From: Octopus sinensis | Lineage: Eukaryota | Direction: 5' to 3' | Length of the DNA: 64,000 nt | NCBI RefSeq assembly: GCF_006345805.1 | Contig: NC_043000.1 | Coordinates: 13,578,001-13,642,000 of the forward strand | Shown here: positions 1-13,427 of the stretch, in pieces | How positions within the stretch are numbered: position 1 is the first letter of the stretch | Layout of the letters: each line of letters begins with the position of its first letter | Translations under genes and position numbers: made by a program | The notes under the pieces: model-generated | The model's input: only the letters and a program-made list of their open reading frames with translations | What the model was told of the DNA's origin: nothing | The model's database searches: none

Positions 1-225
1 ATTGACATTTTTTGGTAAAAAAAAAAAAAAAATTAATTCCTGTTTAACAAAGAATTTGATATGATAGAAAATGTTCCCCAATGCTGTTCTTATAGTCATC
101 TGTATAGTCATCCTTTCTCAAACTGCCCAAATGTTTTGACTCCGCCACAAACTCTTGTTTCCAAAATTCTTTGTCTCTCACTCTCTAAGTGCTCAGAATT
201 ACAGCAATCGGAATTACTGAGCATG

Positions 226-262
226 CCACCACCACCACTACTGCTACTGCTGCTGCTGCTAC

Positions 263-293
<31 letters not shown>

Positions 294-370
294 GCAACTG
301 CTGCTGCTGCTGCTACTACTACTACTACTATTACTACTACTACTGCAACTGCTGCTGCTGCTGCTGCTAC

Positions 371-401
<31 letters not shown>

Positions 402-471
402 GCAACTGCTGCTGCTGCTACTACTACTACTACTATTACTACTACTACTGCAACTGCTGCTGCTGCTGCTG

Positions 472-512
<41 letters not shown>

Positions 513-537
513 GCTACTGCTGCTGTTGCTGCCTCTG

Positions 538-593
<56 letters not shown>

Positions 594-613
594 GCTACTA
601 CTACTACTACTAC
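226..613. repeat. Compound trinucleotide microsatellite (CTA)n/(CTG)n with higher-order blocks
   Basis: Continuous CTA runs interrupted by recurring GCAACTGCTGCTG and single ATA/TTA variants; produces the poly-Leu, poly-Thr and poly-Ser ORFs. Confidence 0.95.
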
Positions 614-1952
614 ACATTTCTTTGTTTTGACTATCTTTGTTTTCTAATAGAGTTTAAAAACCGTGGCAATTAGAACCAATGTACATTAGCATTAGAACCC
701 CCTTTTTTTTTTTCAGTTCAGAAACTAAATTACTGTTATTCGTTTAAGTCTGTGGAGAGGAGAGGGGAAACAGCCCCTCCCTCCCTCCCTTCCCCCCACC
801 CCGTTTTATAAACCCAGCATCACTTAAATTAATCTCGAATTTCATGAGTTTGTCCAAATGATAAACAGTGGAACAACAGATGAATAAGCAGCAGCAGCAT
901 CGCGAAAATTGATGGCTTCTGAAAGTCTCAAAGGATTTTCCTATCAACTTCTGAAAATTATGGACAGTGAGAGGGAGGGTGGGAAAGGATGGGATAGAGG
1001 TAGGAGATGATGCGGGGTGGGTAAAAAACAAAAAACAGCAAAAAGAAAAAAAACAAGCTAAAATATACACAGGGGTATAATTTTGCATTCAGACACATAT
1101 ATGCATCCTTGCATGTATGCATTCATGAATGCATACATACATAGCTGCATACATATATGCACACTTAATAGCATACATACATGAACATATATATATATAT
1201 ATATATATATATGCATACTTACATATACACATGCATACATACACATACATACATGTGTAAGCATACAAACATACACTTATACACAACTGGATGCAAACAT
1301 ACATATGTGTATGCATGCATACACTCACATATGCATACATATATACACATACATACATACATGCATACATACACAGCCACACAGACACACACAGGCACAC
1401 GCATCTATGCAAAAATAAGAGTAAACAACTTAAATTTCAGAATTTTAAAATGTGAGAGAAAAAAACCCTATCTATTTTCAATGCCTGAATAATAAATTAT
1501 ATTCATTTATACATATATTTATTTATTTAATTATCTATTTAATTAGTTGTTTTTTTGGGGTTTTTTTTCTTCTTCTTAACTTCATTAAAGGTTACTGCAA
1601 TAAAGCTTGAATTCACTGAATTAAAATCTACAGGTAATCAACTGTGGAAACTGGATACATTGTTAGTTTTGGGTTATAGTATTTGTTTTTCTTTATTGTC
1701 CTAGATATTGATGTTGTTGCTGTCGTTATTGTCGTTGTTGGGTGTGGTTACTGTTAAATGCCTTGCAGTGTGGGAAGCAGGTGTGAGTGCTTTTTAGTTA
1801 GTTAGCTTGCAAATAAATTACTTTTAAGATCTTTATTATGACGCTCTCATTCACATAAACAGTACCTTGAATATCGATTGGGTAGTCTCGTGGCCATTGT
1901 CATGATTGCTTTCAAGCATAAAAGGTAGTTTTCTATTCTGTTTAAAGAACAG

Positions 1953-2440
1953 CATCATCATCATCATCATCATGATCACCATCATTTAACGTCCATTTTC
2001 CATGCTGGCATGGGTCAGACAATTTGACCGGAGCCGGTAAGCCAGAGAGCTACACCAGGGCACCAGTCATCTATTTCGGCTTGGTTTCTATGGCTAGATG
2101 CCCTTCCTAACAGCAACAGGTAAAAGTGCCCTTTTACATGTCACCAACATGGGTGCCTTTCACATACCATCAGCACTGGCCACGATTTCACTGTTTGACA
2201 TGTCTACTTAAGCACAGCAAATTTCCAGATGTCTCGTTCACTTGTCATCACCTCTGTGAAGCTCAATTTTCAAAGACCATATTTCCCTACTTTGTCCCAC
2301 ATCTTCCTGGGTCTATCATTTCCACAGGTTCCCTCTACGATTGAAGATTCCCACTTCCTTATGCAGCTATCCTTATCCATATGCATTTGCATGCTTTATA
2401 TGCACTTTTGACAAGTTGTGGTGCACCTGAGCACTGTATA
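1953..2440 (-). mobile_element. Degenerate RTE-clade LINE 3' fragment with (GAT)n tail
   Basis: (CAT)n followed by TTTAACGTCC...CATGCTGGCATGGG; 2300-2440 resembles the coding 3' end seen at 25400-25540 (TCTTCCTGGGTCTATCATTTCCACAGGTTCCCTC). Confidence 0.75.
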
Positions 2441-4799
2441 CAATAATTTCATTATTATTATTATTATTATTCTATGTTTGACTTTTGCTTTACATTTGTA
2501 CAAGTTGGCTCCAAGTCTCACCCAGAGACCTCAAGAGACAACAGGTTGGAAGTTCATGTTGTTGTTATGCCTAGTGTGCCATATATTTGGTTATGTATTT
2601 AGTGTTGTACTAGTGAATGTCTAAAAAAGAAAAAAAAACATACGAAAATTATGTTTGTTTTAAAACTTGAGATTACATAGAAAGTATTTTGCGTAGGATA
2701 TGAGCAGTTCCCATGAGCACTATCTTTTGGATTTCTGCCATTTTGGGGTTTCCTGCTATCTGAGTCAGGTAGCAATCAGCCCCTTTTGCTATCATTCCCA
2801 GGGCATCTATGACAACAGGTTATTATTATTATTATTATTATTATTTTAAAATTATAAAACACTTCTATAACCTTTCGCCTTCACCACAGTGAGAAACCAA
2901 GACAAGGCTTTACAGTCTCGAATCCTAAGGCTCATAAGGCTAGTTACTCGGTTTCCATGGTGAATAAGTGACCAAAATGACAACATTCAGGATCCCAGTC
3001 TGTCACATGGTTATTCATCTGCAGCTGAATGGACCAGAACAACATGAAATGAACATTTTGCTCTCAGGAACACAATACACCACTTGTCCAGGAATCAAAC
3101 CTATGATCTAACAATCATGAGTGCAACATCCTAAACACCAGGCCACGTGGTTTCACCGGTGAAAAGCATACTACACACAAAATGAGATCCATTCTCAAAC
3201 AAATTTATGAACAGGAAAATTGTTGATTTACTGATCAATGAAACAACTGAATAAGCAATTAGCCAACCAAGCATCAACTTCTTGGTGTAACAGTCTGAAT
3301 TGGAGAATATTTATAGTACAGATCAAAATATACAGACATACGTAAATACATACATACATAAATAAATACATACATACATGCATATATACATACACACATA
3401 CATCCATATATATATACATCTATACATGCATATATAGACATACATGCATATATGCATACATGCATATATATATATATATATATACATATATGCATACATA
3501 CATGTATATATATATATATATATACATACATGCATACATACATATATATATATGCATATATACATACATGCATACATATATACATACATGCAAGTATACA
3601 TACATGCATGCATACATACATGCATATATACATACATATATATAAACATACATATGTATGTATGTACGTGTTTGTGTGTGTGTATGTGCATGTGTGTGTG
3701 TGTGTGCATGTGTGTGTGTGCATGTGTGTGTGTGAGTGTGTGTGTGTGTGTGTGTGTGTATGCATGTGTGTGTGTGGTGAGTGATTGTAGGAAATGAACA
3801 TCATTGTCATACAGGTGAGGAGTGTTCCATGAAAAACATGTCTGGTCATGGAGAAATCTTACCTCACTTGGAAAAAAAGGTGAAGGTTGGCAACAGGAAA
3901 GGCATCCAGCCACAGAAAAATCTACCCAGCAAATTCTCTATGCTGACCATGCAAGCATAGAAAAGTGGACAGTAAATGATGACACTGATGTTTATATCAC
4001 ACACAGACACACGCACTTATAGTGGACTCAGCTGTTGAGAGTTAGATGTATTTGCCATGGACATAATGAAATGACTCTAATAAGCTACGAACCAATAATG
4101 TCTCCTGATTTTTGTTGTCTGTTTGTCAGCTGACTCAGCCATCTATACACCAATAACATGCCTTAAGTCCTAAATTTTAGAATATTATGCTTATACAAAG
4201 ACAAGAATGCTGTAGTTGGAAATTCCAAATGGTAGATATCTTTGATCTGCAACCTCCAGGCTATAGGTCAATCCCAGCCAAACTAATTAGGGCTATTCAG
4301 CAACATTGTTGAATTAAAGAGTTATATGGTAGGGCTTCATTTCATTTCATAGTAAGCTTCCCAAATAATGGCAAAGCCAGTGATCTGAGATGCTGTTATT
4401 GCGAATTTTCTGTTGTCTAGGAATTTTCTTTATTTTTAATTGCCTTTATGCAAATTGGAACTAGTGACAGAGTATAAATGTATGGCATGTTATTAAATGC
4501 TATTCATTTGTACTATATCTTAAATAACTTCCTGCTAAACACACAGGGAGTTATTTAAGGGGGAAAAAAATTTAATTGAAAACATTTTTTAAATGTTTCT
4601 GGAAAGGTTAAATCCTGCATCTTTACTACTAGAAAATAAATGCATGTTTATTATATGTTGTTTGTTGCACAGTAAGAACACAAGACTATAAGTATACAAG
4701 CGAAAATATTTTAATGTTAAAAAAGCATTTTCAAATGAAAGAAACACATGTAGCTGAAGCATGTGTAAAAATGGTCTTCAAAGAAAATGTGCTCTCTCA

Positions 4800-5230
4800 C
4801 ATACACATCATCATCATTATCATTATCATCATCACCATCATCATTTAACATCTGTTCTCCATGATGGTATGCCTTGGATGGTGTGACAGAAGCTGGCCAG
4901 CTGCAGAACTGCCCAGGTTTCATTTGTCTGTTTCGGTAGAGGGCGCACACTCTCCTACCCTCATGTAATCTCCAGGGATACAGGCATCAAGCAACAGGAC
5001 CTCCGTAATGCTATGATGGACCGTGAAGTCTGGCATAACATAGTAAATTCCATTGTCTCGACCACGGTCGAACAATGATGATGATGTTTCGGTATGGTTT
5101 CTATGGTTGGATAATCTTCCTAATGCCAACCAATTTACAGAGTGTGCTGGGTGCTTAAAATACGGTACTGGCATGGGAGCTTTTATGTGACACTGGCACA
5201 GGCACATTTATGTGGCACCAGCAAGGGCAC
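4800..5230 (-). mobile_element. RTE 3'-UTR/tail copy, interrupted by a nested insertion
   Basis: (CAT)n-TTTAACATC tail and CTTCCTAATGCCAACCA...GAGTGTGCTGGGTGCTT motif shared with the other copies. Confidence 0.7.
4939..5084 (+). mobile_element. 5'-truncated LINE 3' end (a second RTE-like family) with 10-bp TSD
   Basis: Encodes RGRTLSYPHVISRDTGIKQQDLRNAMMDREVWHNIVNSIVSTTVEQ* then (TGA)n; flanked by TGTTTCGGTA at 4929-4938 and 5085-5094. Confidence 0.8.
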
Positions 5231-5441
5231 TTTTTCCATAGTACCAACATAGGTGCTCCTACTTATCACCAGCACACATGAGCCCACAGAACTAGGATCT
5301 CCCCTCTGAGAGGGGAATGTAAAGAATATGCTTGTATATACATACATGATGCACACACATGTATGTATGTATATATGTATGTACATATACACATCCACAC
5401 ACACATATACATACATACATACATATATATATATATAATAT

Positions 5442-5474
<33 letters not shown>

Positions 5475-5489
5475 GCATGTATGTACATG

Positions 5490-5932
5490 TTGCATGTCAG
5501 GCCCATTTATGAGTACACTTAACATGTCAGGTGATATGATATGCTTGAGAAGACCTGTTGAGTCAAGTAAAACCAAAATCATAGCTGTAGCCAGTGACCC
5601 TTGACTGGATCCCATGCTGGTGGAATGCAAGAAGCACCATCTGAACATGATTGATGCCAGGTCTGCCTGACTCCCGTGCCAGTGGTACATAAAAAACACC
5701 ATCCGAACATGGTTGATGCCAGGTCAGTCAGACTAGCTTCTGTTGCTGGTGGCACATAAAAAGCACCCACTACATTTTCAGAGTGATTGGTGTTAGGAAG
5801 GGCATCCAGCAGTAGAAACATTGTCAGATCAGACGGGAACCTGGTGCAGCCACTGGCTTTCCAGACCACAGTCAAACCATCCAACCCATGCCTGCATGGA
5901 AAACAGATGTTAAACGATGATGATGATGATAT
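5490..5932 (+). mobile_element. RTE 3'-UTR copy
   Basis: GATATGCTTGAGAAGACCTGTTGAGTCAAG (also at about 40445), AAAAAGCACC repeats, TTAGGAAGGGCATCCAGC, ending GTTAAACGATGATGAT. Confidence 0.8.
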
Positions 5933-6296
5933 GCATGTATGTATGTATCTACAAATACACACACACATCATCATTTAGTGTCATCATCATCATTTAGCGT
6001 CCGTTTTCCATGCTATATATATATATATCAAAATAAGCAACAGGATATCAAGAGTTGATACATTACTACTATACTGCTGAGGATAGCCCTTCATTTAAAC
6101 TGATATAATGATTGCATTGTTCAATTAAATAGAGCCACTTGAAACAGTCATACTGCATCACCTCTTGACATCCTGTTGCTTACTTTGATTTGATTCACCT
6201 TATTTTGAGTTGAACAGATAATACTGCAGTGACATGGTGCTTCAACTTAAGTACCTAACTCAGCTGAATTTCAATTATTTCTTATATATATATATC

Positions 6297-6587
6297 AGAC
6301 AGAGACCCCCTTCAGTCACGAATGACCATGGGATTGCACCTAGAAAGTTACCCTCCGAGGTACAAGTCCGGGCAAGGTTGTTTTATGGAAGACCAGCAGT
6401 CGCCCATGAATACCAGCCTTCCCTCTCCATGACACCAATGTTATCCAAGGGAAAGGTAAGGGCCAACTGATACAGCTTGGCACCAGTGACGTTGCAACTC
6501 ATTTCTACAGCTGAGTGAACTGGAGCAACTTGAAATAAAGCATCTTGCTCAAGAACACAACACGCAGCCCGGTCCAGGAATCGAACT
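6297..6587 (-). mobile_element. tRNA-derived SINE, family B (partial)
   Basis: Reverse complement matches 58660-58975 (GTTCTTGAGCAAGA..CTTTATTTCA..TTGCTCCAGTTCACTCAGCTGTAGAAATGAGTTGCAAC); B-box-like GTTCGATTCC. Confidence 0.75.
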
Positions 6588-6588
6588 T

Positions 6589-6620
<32 letters not shown>

Positions 6621-6904
6621 GATAACTAAAAGGGAGGAAAAAAAAATATATATATATAAACAAATTAAAATTAATGGTCATTACGTATAATTCCATTATT
6701 TTTAACTTGTTTCTTATATATATCACTCTGTAAAAAGTTGTTTATCAGGAGCCCATCCAGGGATTTACAATACAGAATTGTGATGGACCATAACTTTGGA
6801 CCCTACCAAAATATTACCTGGAGTTCTTCACTAATCTAAGTAATATTGTTAACCTGGTGAGCCATCAGAGAGCTTATGAAGTATTTTGCCTGGATTGATA
6901 ATCC

Positions 6905-6959
<55 letters not shown>

Positions 6960-6971
6960 GTATGTATACAT

Positions 6972-7067
<96 letters not shown>

Positions 7068-7729
7068 GGTTATCAATTTGTGTTGCAAGATTCCTGATGT
7101 GAAATAGTGTGTTGAGACCAATATTATTGTATTTCAGGATGGTCATTTTCTTTTTTTGCCAAATAAACACAAGCACTGTATATTAGTACAGAATAGTACT
7201 CATAGTGACATACGCAAGAAATACTGATAGTAGAATAGTAGCAACTTTGGGCAAGTATCTTCTACTGTAGTCCAGACTGACCAAAGCTTTGAGAGCAGAT
7301 TTAGTAGGCAGAAGCTGAAAGAAGCCCATTGTATATGTATGTATGTGAGTGTGTATGTATGTATGTATGTATGTATGTATGCATGCAAGCATGTGTATGT
7401 GTTTGTACGTGTGTGTGTGTGCATGTGTGTGTGTGCATGTGTGTGTGTATATGTGTATGCATGTGTATGTGTGTTTGTAAGTATGTTATGGTTTCTTGAT
7501 ATTGCCAACAAGTGTTACTGCCATGCAAACAGTGTCCTTCATTTCCAGTCTTTCATGAAAACATGTCTGGCCATGGAGAATTATTACCTTACTTAGAAAC
7601 AGGGGAAGGTTGGCAACAGGAAGAGCACCACGTTTGCAGAAAACCTACCTCAACAAATTCCATCCAGCTCATGGGAGTATGAGAAAGAGGACATTAAACT
7701 GACGATGATAAATATCATAATCAACATCA

Positions 7730-8021
7730 AAATAAATATCAAATGGAAATTGTAGTTGTGATACGTGTGCCGGTGGCGCATAAAAAGCACCATCCAAACG
7801 TGGCCAATGCCAGCGCTGCATTGACTGGCTTCTGTGCCGGAGGCACGTAAAAAGCACCCACTACACTCATGGAGTGGTTGGTGTTAGGAAGGGCATCCAG
7901 CTGTAGAAACACTGCCACATCAGACTGGAGACTGGTGCAGCCTCCTGGCTTCCCAGACCCCAGTCGAACCATCCAACCCATGCTAGCACGGAAAACAGAC
8001 GTTAAACGATGATGATGATGA
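7730..8021 (+). mobile_element. RTE 3'-UTR copy
   Basis: Same motif chain, ending GACGTTAAACGATGATGATG. Confidence 0.8.
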
Positions 8022-8483
8022 TTGTGATGGTCTTAAATCTGATGAACCAATCAAGTGAGAAAACAATTGACGTCATCAAAATTCATTTTCTCTTTAAAAT
8101 CTTTAGCTTCAACTAAATCATCGACCCAGATATAGCCATACTCTCTGATTGCTTCGATAAAAATCACTCATCCAGTATTTTATCTAAATTTTCACATTCT
8201 GCTTTTACACAGAATTTTCCTAATTACTATTTTATTGTTAATCCCAGAACATGCAGTAAAACCAAGAACAACTTTATTTCAAGTTCTTAACCTGTTATAA
8301 AATCAACAAGCTGATGTTATATCCTATTATTAATGTACTTCTACTTAAGACTACTTTGATTATCTTAATGACATTAAGGTTATCATAAACTGTTTTGTTA
8401 TCATATTTCTGTAGAAATACACTGCCTTTGTTTTAATTAACTAGGAAAATAACGAAGAGCTTAGTTAAATAACTTTGTGATTA

Positions 8484-8712
8484 TTAACCCTTTAGTGTTT
8501 AAACTGGCCAAATCCGGCCCAATATATTCTACATGTTTTATATTCAAACTGGCCATATCTAGCCTCTCACACCTTACCTACAGTGACATTCTAAAAATAA
8601 ATATTCACATCATTGAAACCTCAAAGCTATAAGGTAATGCATGATTAATTCAAAACAATTTAAATAAATAAGCATTACATTTAACAGAGTAATCTGAACA
8701 CTAAAGGGTTAA
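8484..8712. mobile_element. TTAA-flanked MITE (piggyBac-like ends)
   Basis: TTAACCCTTTAG ... CTAAAGGGTTAA, i.e. TIRs inside a duplicated TTAA; related copies at 8909-9592 and 19105-19967. Confidence 0.8.
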
Positions 8713-8908
8713 GGTGGTGTTTGTAACATAAATTCTCATGAAATTTTGAGGTAAGGTTTTGATTTAAATCACTTTAACCCATATTTCTGTTGACTGAATA
8801 CTGCTTTGTTTCGAATAACTTAGAAAACACTGCAGAATTTAGTAAAATAACTTTGGAACATAAAAATTAAAATTATATGTTGAAGGAAGATTTTAATCTA
8901 GAACATTT

Positions 8909-9592
8909 CAACCCTTTAGCATTCAGATTACTTTGTTAAATGTGATGCATATTTACTCTTTACTCTTTTTACTCTTTTACTAGTTTCATTCATTTGACTG
9001 TGGCCATGCCGGAGCACCACCTTTAGCCGAGCAAATCAACCCCAGGACTTATTCTTTGTAAGTCTAGTTCTTATTCTATCGGTCACTTTTGCCAAACTGA
9101 TAAGTTACAGGGACCAAAACACACCAGCATTGGTTGTCAAGCGATGTTGGGGGGACAAACACAGATACACAAACACACACCTATACATATACATATATAC
9201 AACAGGCTTCTTTCAGTTTCCATCTACCAAATCCACTCACAAAGTTTTGGTCAGCCCGAGAAGACACATGCCCAAGGTGCCATGCAGTGGGACTGAACCT
9301 GGAACCATGTGGTTCGTAAGCAAGCTACTTACCATACAGCCACTCAAATTAATCATGTATAATCTCGTATTTAAATCACTTTAACCCATATTTCTGTTGA
9401 CATACACTGCCTTTCTTTTGAATAACTTAGAAAATACTGCCGAATTTAGTAAAATAACTTTCAATGATGTGATTGTCTATTTTTAGAATGACATTGTAGA
9501 GTAGGTATGAGAGGCCAGACCTGGCTGGTTTGAACTTAAAACAGGTAGAATATTCAGGTTGGATATGGTTGGCTTAAATGCTAAAGGGTTAA
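8909..9592. mobile_element. Second TTAA-type MITE copy, inverted, with a nested SINE
   Basis: Start is the reverse complement of the 8660-8712 end; finishes GCTAAAGGGTTAA; a SINE occupies about 8956-9343. Confidence 0.65.
8956..9343 (-). mobile_element. tRNA-derived SINE, family A
   Basis: Reverse complement of the 55774-56189 consensus; (CTTTTA)n tail at the left end. Confidence 0.85.
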
Positions 9593-9944
9593 AACATAAA
9601 GCTTGTATCACAGAACAGAAGCAATCACAGGCAGGTTGGTATTAAAAAAAGATTAAACTTTAAGGTTGATCTTTGTTTCTTCTTTAAACATGATGATGGA
9701 GAATACGACAGAGAATAAAATGTCTAAAGAGGTAATATTTATCCCCACTTAAACATGGATGTTCTGCTGACAATGACAAAACCAAACAAGATCAAAATCA
9801 CGTGATCAGGTGGTCTCAGCATTATAGGTCGTAGGGATTTATCTCCCCATTAGCAATATAAACAAGAGTACATTTTGCATCAAAAGCCAAAATGATAGTT
9901 TCTTTCATGGTTACTATTGCATTAAAGTTGGTTCTAATAGAATA

Positions 9945-10463
9945 CCGTAAATCCTCAAGTATAATCCACATTTTTCCCCAAAATTTAAAGGTCAAAATCC
10001 CTAGTGCGTACTATATACGAGGTTAAAAATGAAAATTATTTTCTAAGCAATGTCTGAGTCTTTATTTGCTGTCCGGCAATTTTTATTCTGATGCATTTTG
10101 TGATGTCGGGCCTGAAAATACATTAAGCTAAGCCTGAAAGCAATGAAGTCATAAAAGAATCACCCATAACTTGCAGTAAGCAACATTTATTAAACATTAT
10201 TACTGTTATTACTGTTATTTCTATATTTTCTGCAAACAAAATGCACAAAAAAGCTACACGTTTACATTATGTTATATATACAATAATAATAAAGGCATTA
10301 CCGTATACATTTTTACAAACCAAGGACGTTATATGGACCTCCTTGACTCAAGATAGAGAAGGGGTGCGTATTATACACGAGGTTTAGGTTTTTCAGAGGT
10401 ACAACCCCCTAAAAATCCCCTGCATATTATACTCAAGGGCAGACTATACTTGAGGATTTACGG
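9945..10463. mobile_element. Tc1/pogo-type MITE with TA TSD
   Basis: TA|CCGTAAATCCTCAAGTATA ... TATACTTGAGGATTTACGG|TA; 519 bp, non-coding. Confidence 0.85.
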
Positions 10464-11215
10464 TATCCACATTTAAGTGGGGATAAATATTACCTCTTGG
10501 TATTAATATATAAGATGTCTGAAATGCAACACAAGGCATTTCATGTGCTGTCCACATGTTGCTTATTTCACAAATGGCAACAGTGGATAAACAGAATAGT
10601 GCATGGTCAGGAATTTTCTTTAATTCTTTATCTTGTTTTCTTTTTTGTTTTTAGTCACTGAACTAGAGTCATTTAGCCTTGAAGGTTTTTTGTTGAACAA
10701 ATTGGCCCCAGTATTTATGATTTCTTTAAAGCTAAGGTTTTGATTCCAGGTTTGGACAGTGCATAGTATCTATGAACAAAACACTAAATTTAGCATTGCT
10801 CCATCTACTTAGCAGAAAATATGCACCATTGTCATACTGGTGCAGCCATCACTCCACCTCTCACTCTATCCAGCTGTCATCTCCTACATGTTCAGCTGGG
10901 TCAAGGATGAGAGAGCCAAATGGAAGTCTCCTTCTGCTCACAAATACAAAAGCACTTAAAACAATTAACAAAAGCGTGACGGACACTATAAGGTCATATC
11001 AACTGATTTAACAAATTAAGTAATGGCTATAGTTTTTTTGGTAATTGCTTATTGGCACGGATGTAGCTTACTTCCGAAATCACATGGTTTCAGGTTCAGT
11101 CCCACTTGTGTGACACCTTAGGCAAACGTCTTCTGCCATAACCTCAGGCTAACCAAAGCCTTGTGAGTAGATTTGGAAGATGGAAATTGAAAGAAGTTAT
11201 CATATATATATATAT

Positions 11216-11465
11216 ATCATCATCATCATCGTTTAACATTCGCTTTCCATGCTAGCATGGGTTAGACGATTTGACTGAGGACTGATGAACCAGATGGCTG
11301 CACCAGGCTCCAATCTGATCTGGCAGAGTGACTACAGCTGGATGCCCTTCCTAACGCCAACCTCTCCAAGAGTGTAGTGAGTGCTTTTATGTGCCACTGG
11401 CACGAGGGCAAGTCAGGCGGCGCTGGCAACGGCCATGCTCAAATGGTATTTTTTATGTGCCACCT
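11216..11465 (-). mobile_element. RTE 3'-UTR copy
   Basis: (CAT)n CGTTTAAC tail; GGATGCCCTTCCTAACGCCAAC motif. Confidence 0.8.
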
Positions 11466-11467
11466 GC

Positions 11468-11517
<50 letters not shown>

Positions 11518-11609
11518 CTCCACATACACACATATATATATGCATACATGAATGGTATGCATGCATGTATGTATGTATGCAGGTATGTACTCAAATGATT
11601 TGAACTTAC

Positions 11610-11674
11610 ATTTTGAGCACTACTGAATGTTTTCTATGTTGAACATCTCTGGATTTCATCTGTTGACCCCATAT
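11610..11674 (-). other. Candidate 65-bp spliced exon, identity unknown
   Basis: Minus strand TTACAG|ATATGG...AAAAT|GTAAGT; frame 0 is open (IWGQQMKSRDVQHRKHSVVLK). No family recognised. Confidence 0.25.
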
Positions 11675-11989
11675 CTGTAAGTATGTATGTATTTATGTAT
11701 GTATGTATGTATATTCCATTCAAATTCAAATTAACAGCAACGTTTGGTAACTCATGGATGAGCATTGGAAGCAATGGTATCCACCAAAGGGAAATGGCTA
11801 GCGTGGAAAAGCTTCGAAATAGGTACATCGATGCTTGCAAGTAGCTAATGACCTTCGTTACGTGATGCAATTTTTCAACAACCTGCTTAGTAATTAAATT
11901 TGAGAGCTTTCAACTTTGTTTTCCTTTTTGCTTGTTTTTGTATTTCAAGTTTGTTTCTTTCAGTTTTTACTCTTCTCAGTAATTAGCAA

Positions 11990-12568
11990 AAAGACTATGA
12001 AAACATACAAACAGAGATTCTGAAAGGAACGGCTTGCGACGCTATCTTTTAGTCAGTAAGTGGTTGCATAAAATTCTTGCTGATTCATCTAAAGTGCACT
12101 GCAAATTTTGTAGATGTGACATCATAGAAAATATTCACGTGTTAGTTAGTAAGGCATTACCAAGCAAAAATCATATAAGAAGACATCAATTCTATTTAAA
12201 GCAATTCCTGTTACAATCTTTTTTTGATAAGAAAATGTGATGTAAGCTCAATGCTTAAAGCTAACTTAGCAATACGTTTGCTACCATTCTTCATTCAACA
12301 CCTGTGATCATTTAGTAGATTCGTGCAAAAATAAAATAGTCGACTGTATCCAGAGTGAAGTCACATTGTAAATATTGTAAAGAAATGCGGTTGCTTCACA
12401 CTTTGATGGAGTTTTGATTTCTGATGTAGGAATTGAAAAAAATTAGGCTTTTACGTTAGTTTTTTGTTTTTTTCCCTTTTTTTTTAGAAGAAGAATCTCA
12501 TGATATCACAGTTAACAAGCTTCTGGAAATGGTTATAATATATTTCAGTAACAATTATAAAACAGATG

Positions 12569-12600
<32 letters not shown>

Positions 12601-12668
12601 CCCACATAATACATGCATACATACATACATACATACATATATATATATATACCCACATAATACATGCA

Positions 12669-12722
<54 letters not shown>

Positions 12723-12748
12723 GATATATATATATATATATATGTATG

Positions 12749-12790
<42 letters not shown>

Positions 12791-12918
12791 CAGTTTGATT
12801 TGGTACGTTAGAAAAGTATGTTGCAAATGGAATTGCAGACTGGAAAAGATGAAGAGTTGTGCATATATAGATACACACACACACACACACACATGTTATA
12901 GTATAATGTAATATCATT

Positions 12919-12967
<49 letters not shown>

Positions 12968-12979
12968 TATGTATGTATG

Positions 12980-13053
<74 letters not shown>

Positions 13054-13420
13054 ATATATATGTATATATATATATAAGTCTTGGTTTGGTACTTTTAGAA
13101 AAGTATGATGCAAAAGCAATTGCAGACTTTGAAAAAAAAAAAGTAAACTAATGGAAAATAAATTAAACACAAAAAAAATCTATTGGTTATTGGAAGTGAC
13201 AATGGCACTGTCACGATGGGAGTTAACAATGATGTCAATAAGAAATTAAAAGAAGCTCCAGCAGTATTTCTTGTGAATGCCATTTTTTTTTTGTGCAATT
13301 TGTTGTATCCTATGCATGTGTGGAACATCTCACAAGAATCTTAGAATTAGAAGTAGCAGAATCTTTAAGTGGCTTTCCTTCTCTTTAACAAGTCAAATAG
13401 CTTATAATTAACTGTACCTT
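11990..13420 (+). pseudogene. Decayed hAT-superfamily transposase, N-terminal and central part
   Basis: Frame-broken motifs in the expected order: KWLHKILADSSKVHCKFCRCDI (Zn finger), [54 protein letters not shown] (DESTD-like), [34 protein letters not shown] (IGTDNA-like). Confidence 0.75.
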
Positions 13421-13427
13421 GCTATTA

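Noticed and set aside
61-647. Poly-Leu, poly-Ser and poly-Thr ORFs of 152-189 aa
   Set aside because: All arise from the CTA/CTG microsatellite. The short unique flanks match no recognisable protein and lack convincing splice context.
830-890. EF-hand-like peptide INLEFHEFVQMI
   Set aside because: Bounded by in-frame stops, with no splice acceptor and too short to be meaningful.
6027-6189. Hammerhead inside the 28-bp inverted repeat (CTGAGGA...GAAACAGTC)
   Set aside because: The inverted repeat is real, but stems I and II cannot be formed consistently around the core boxes.
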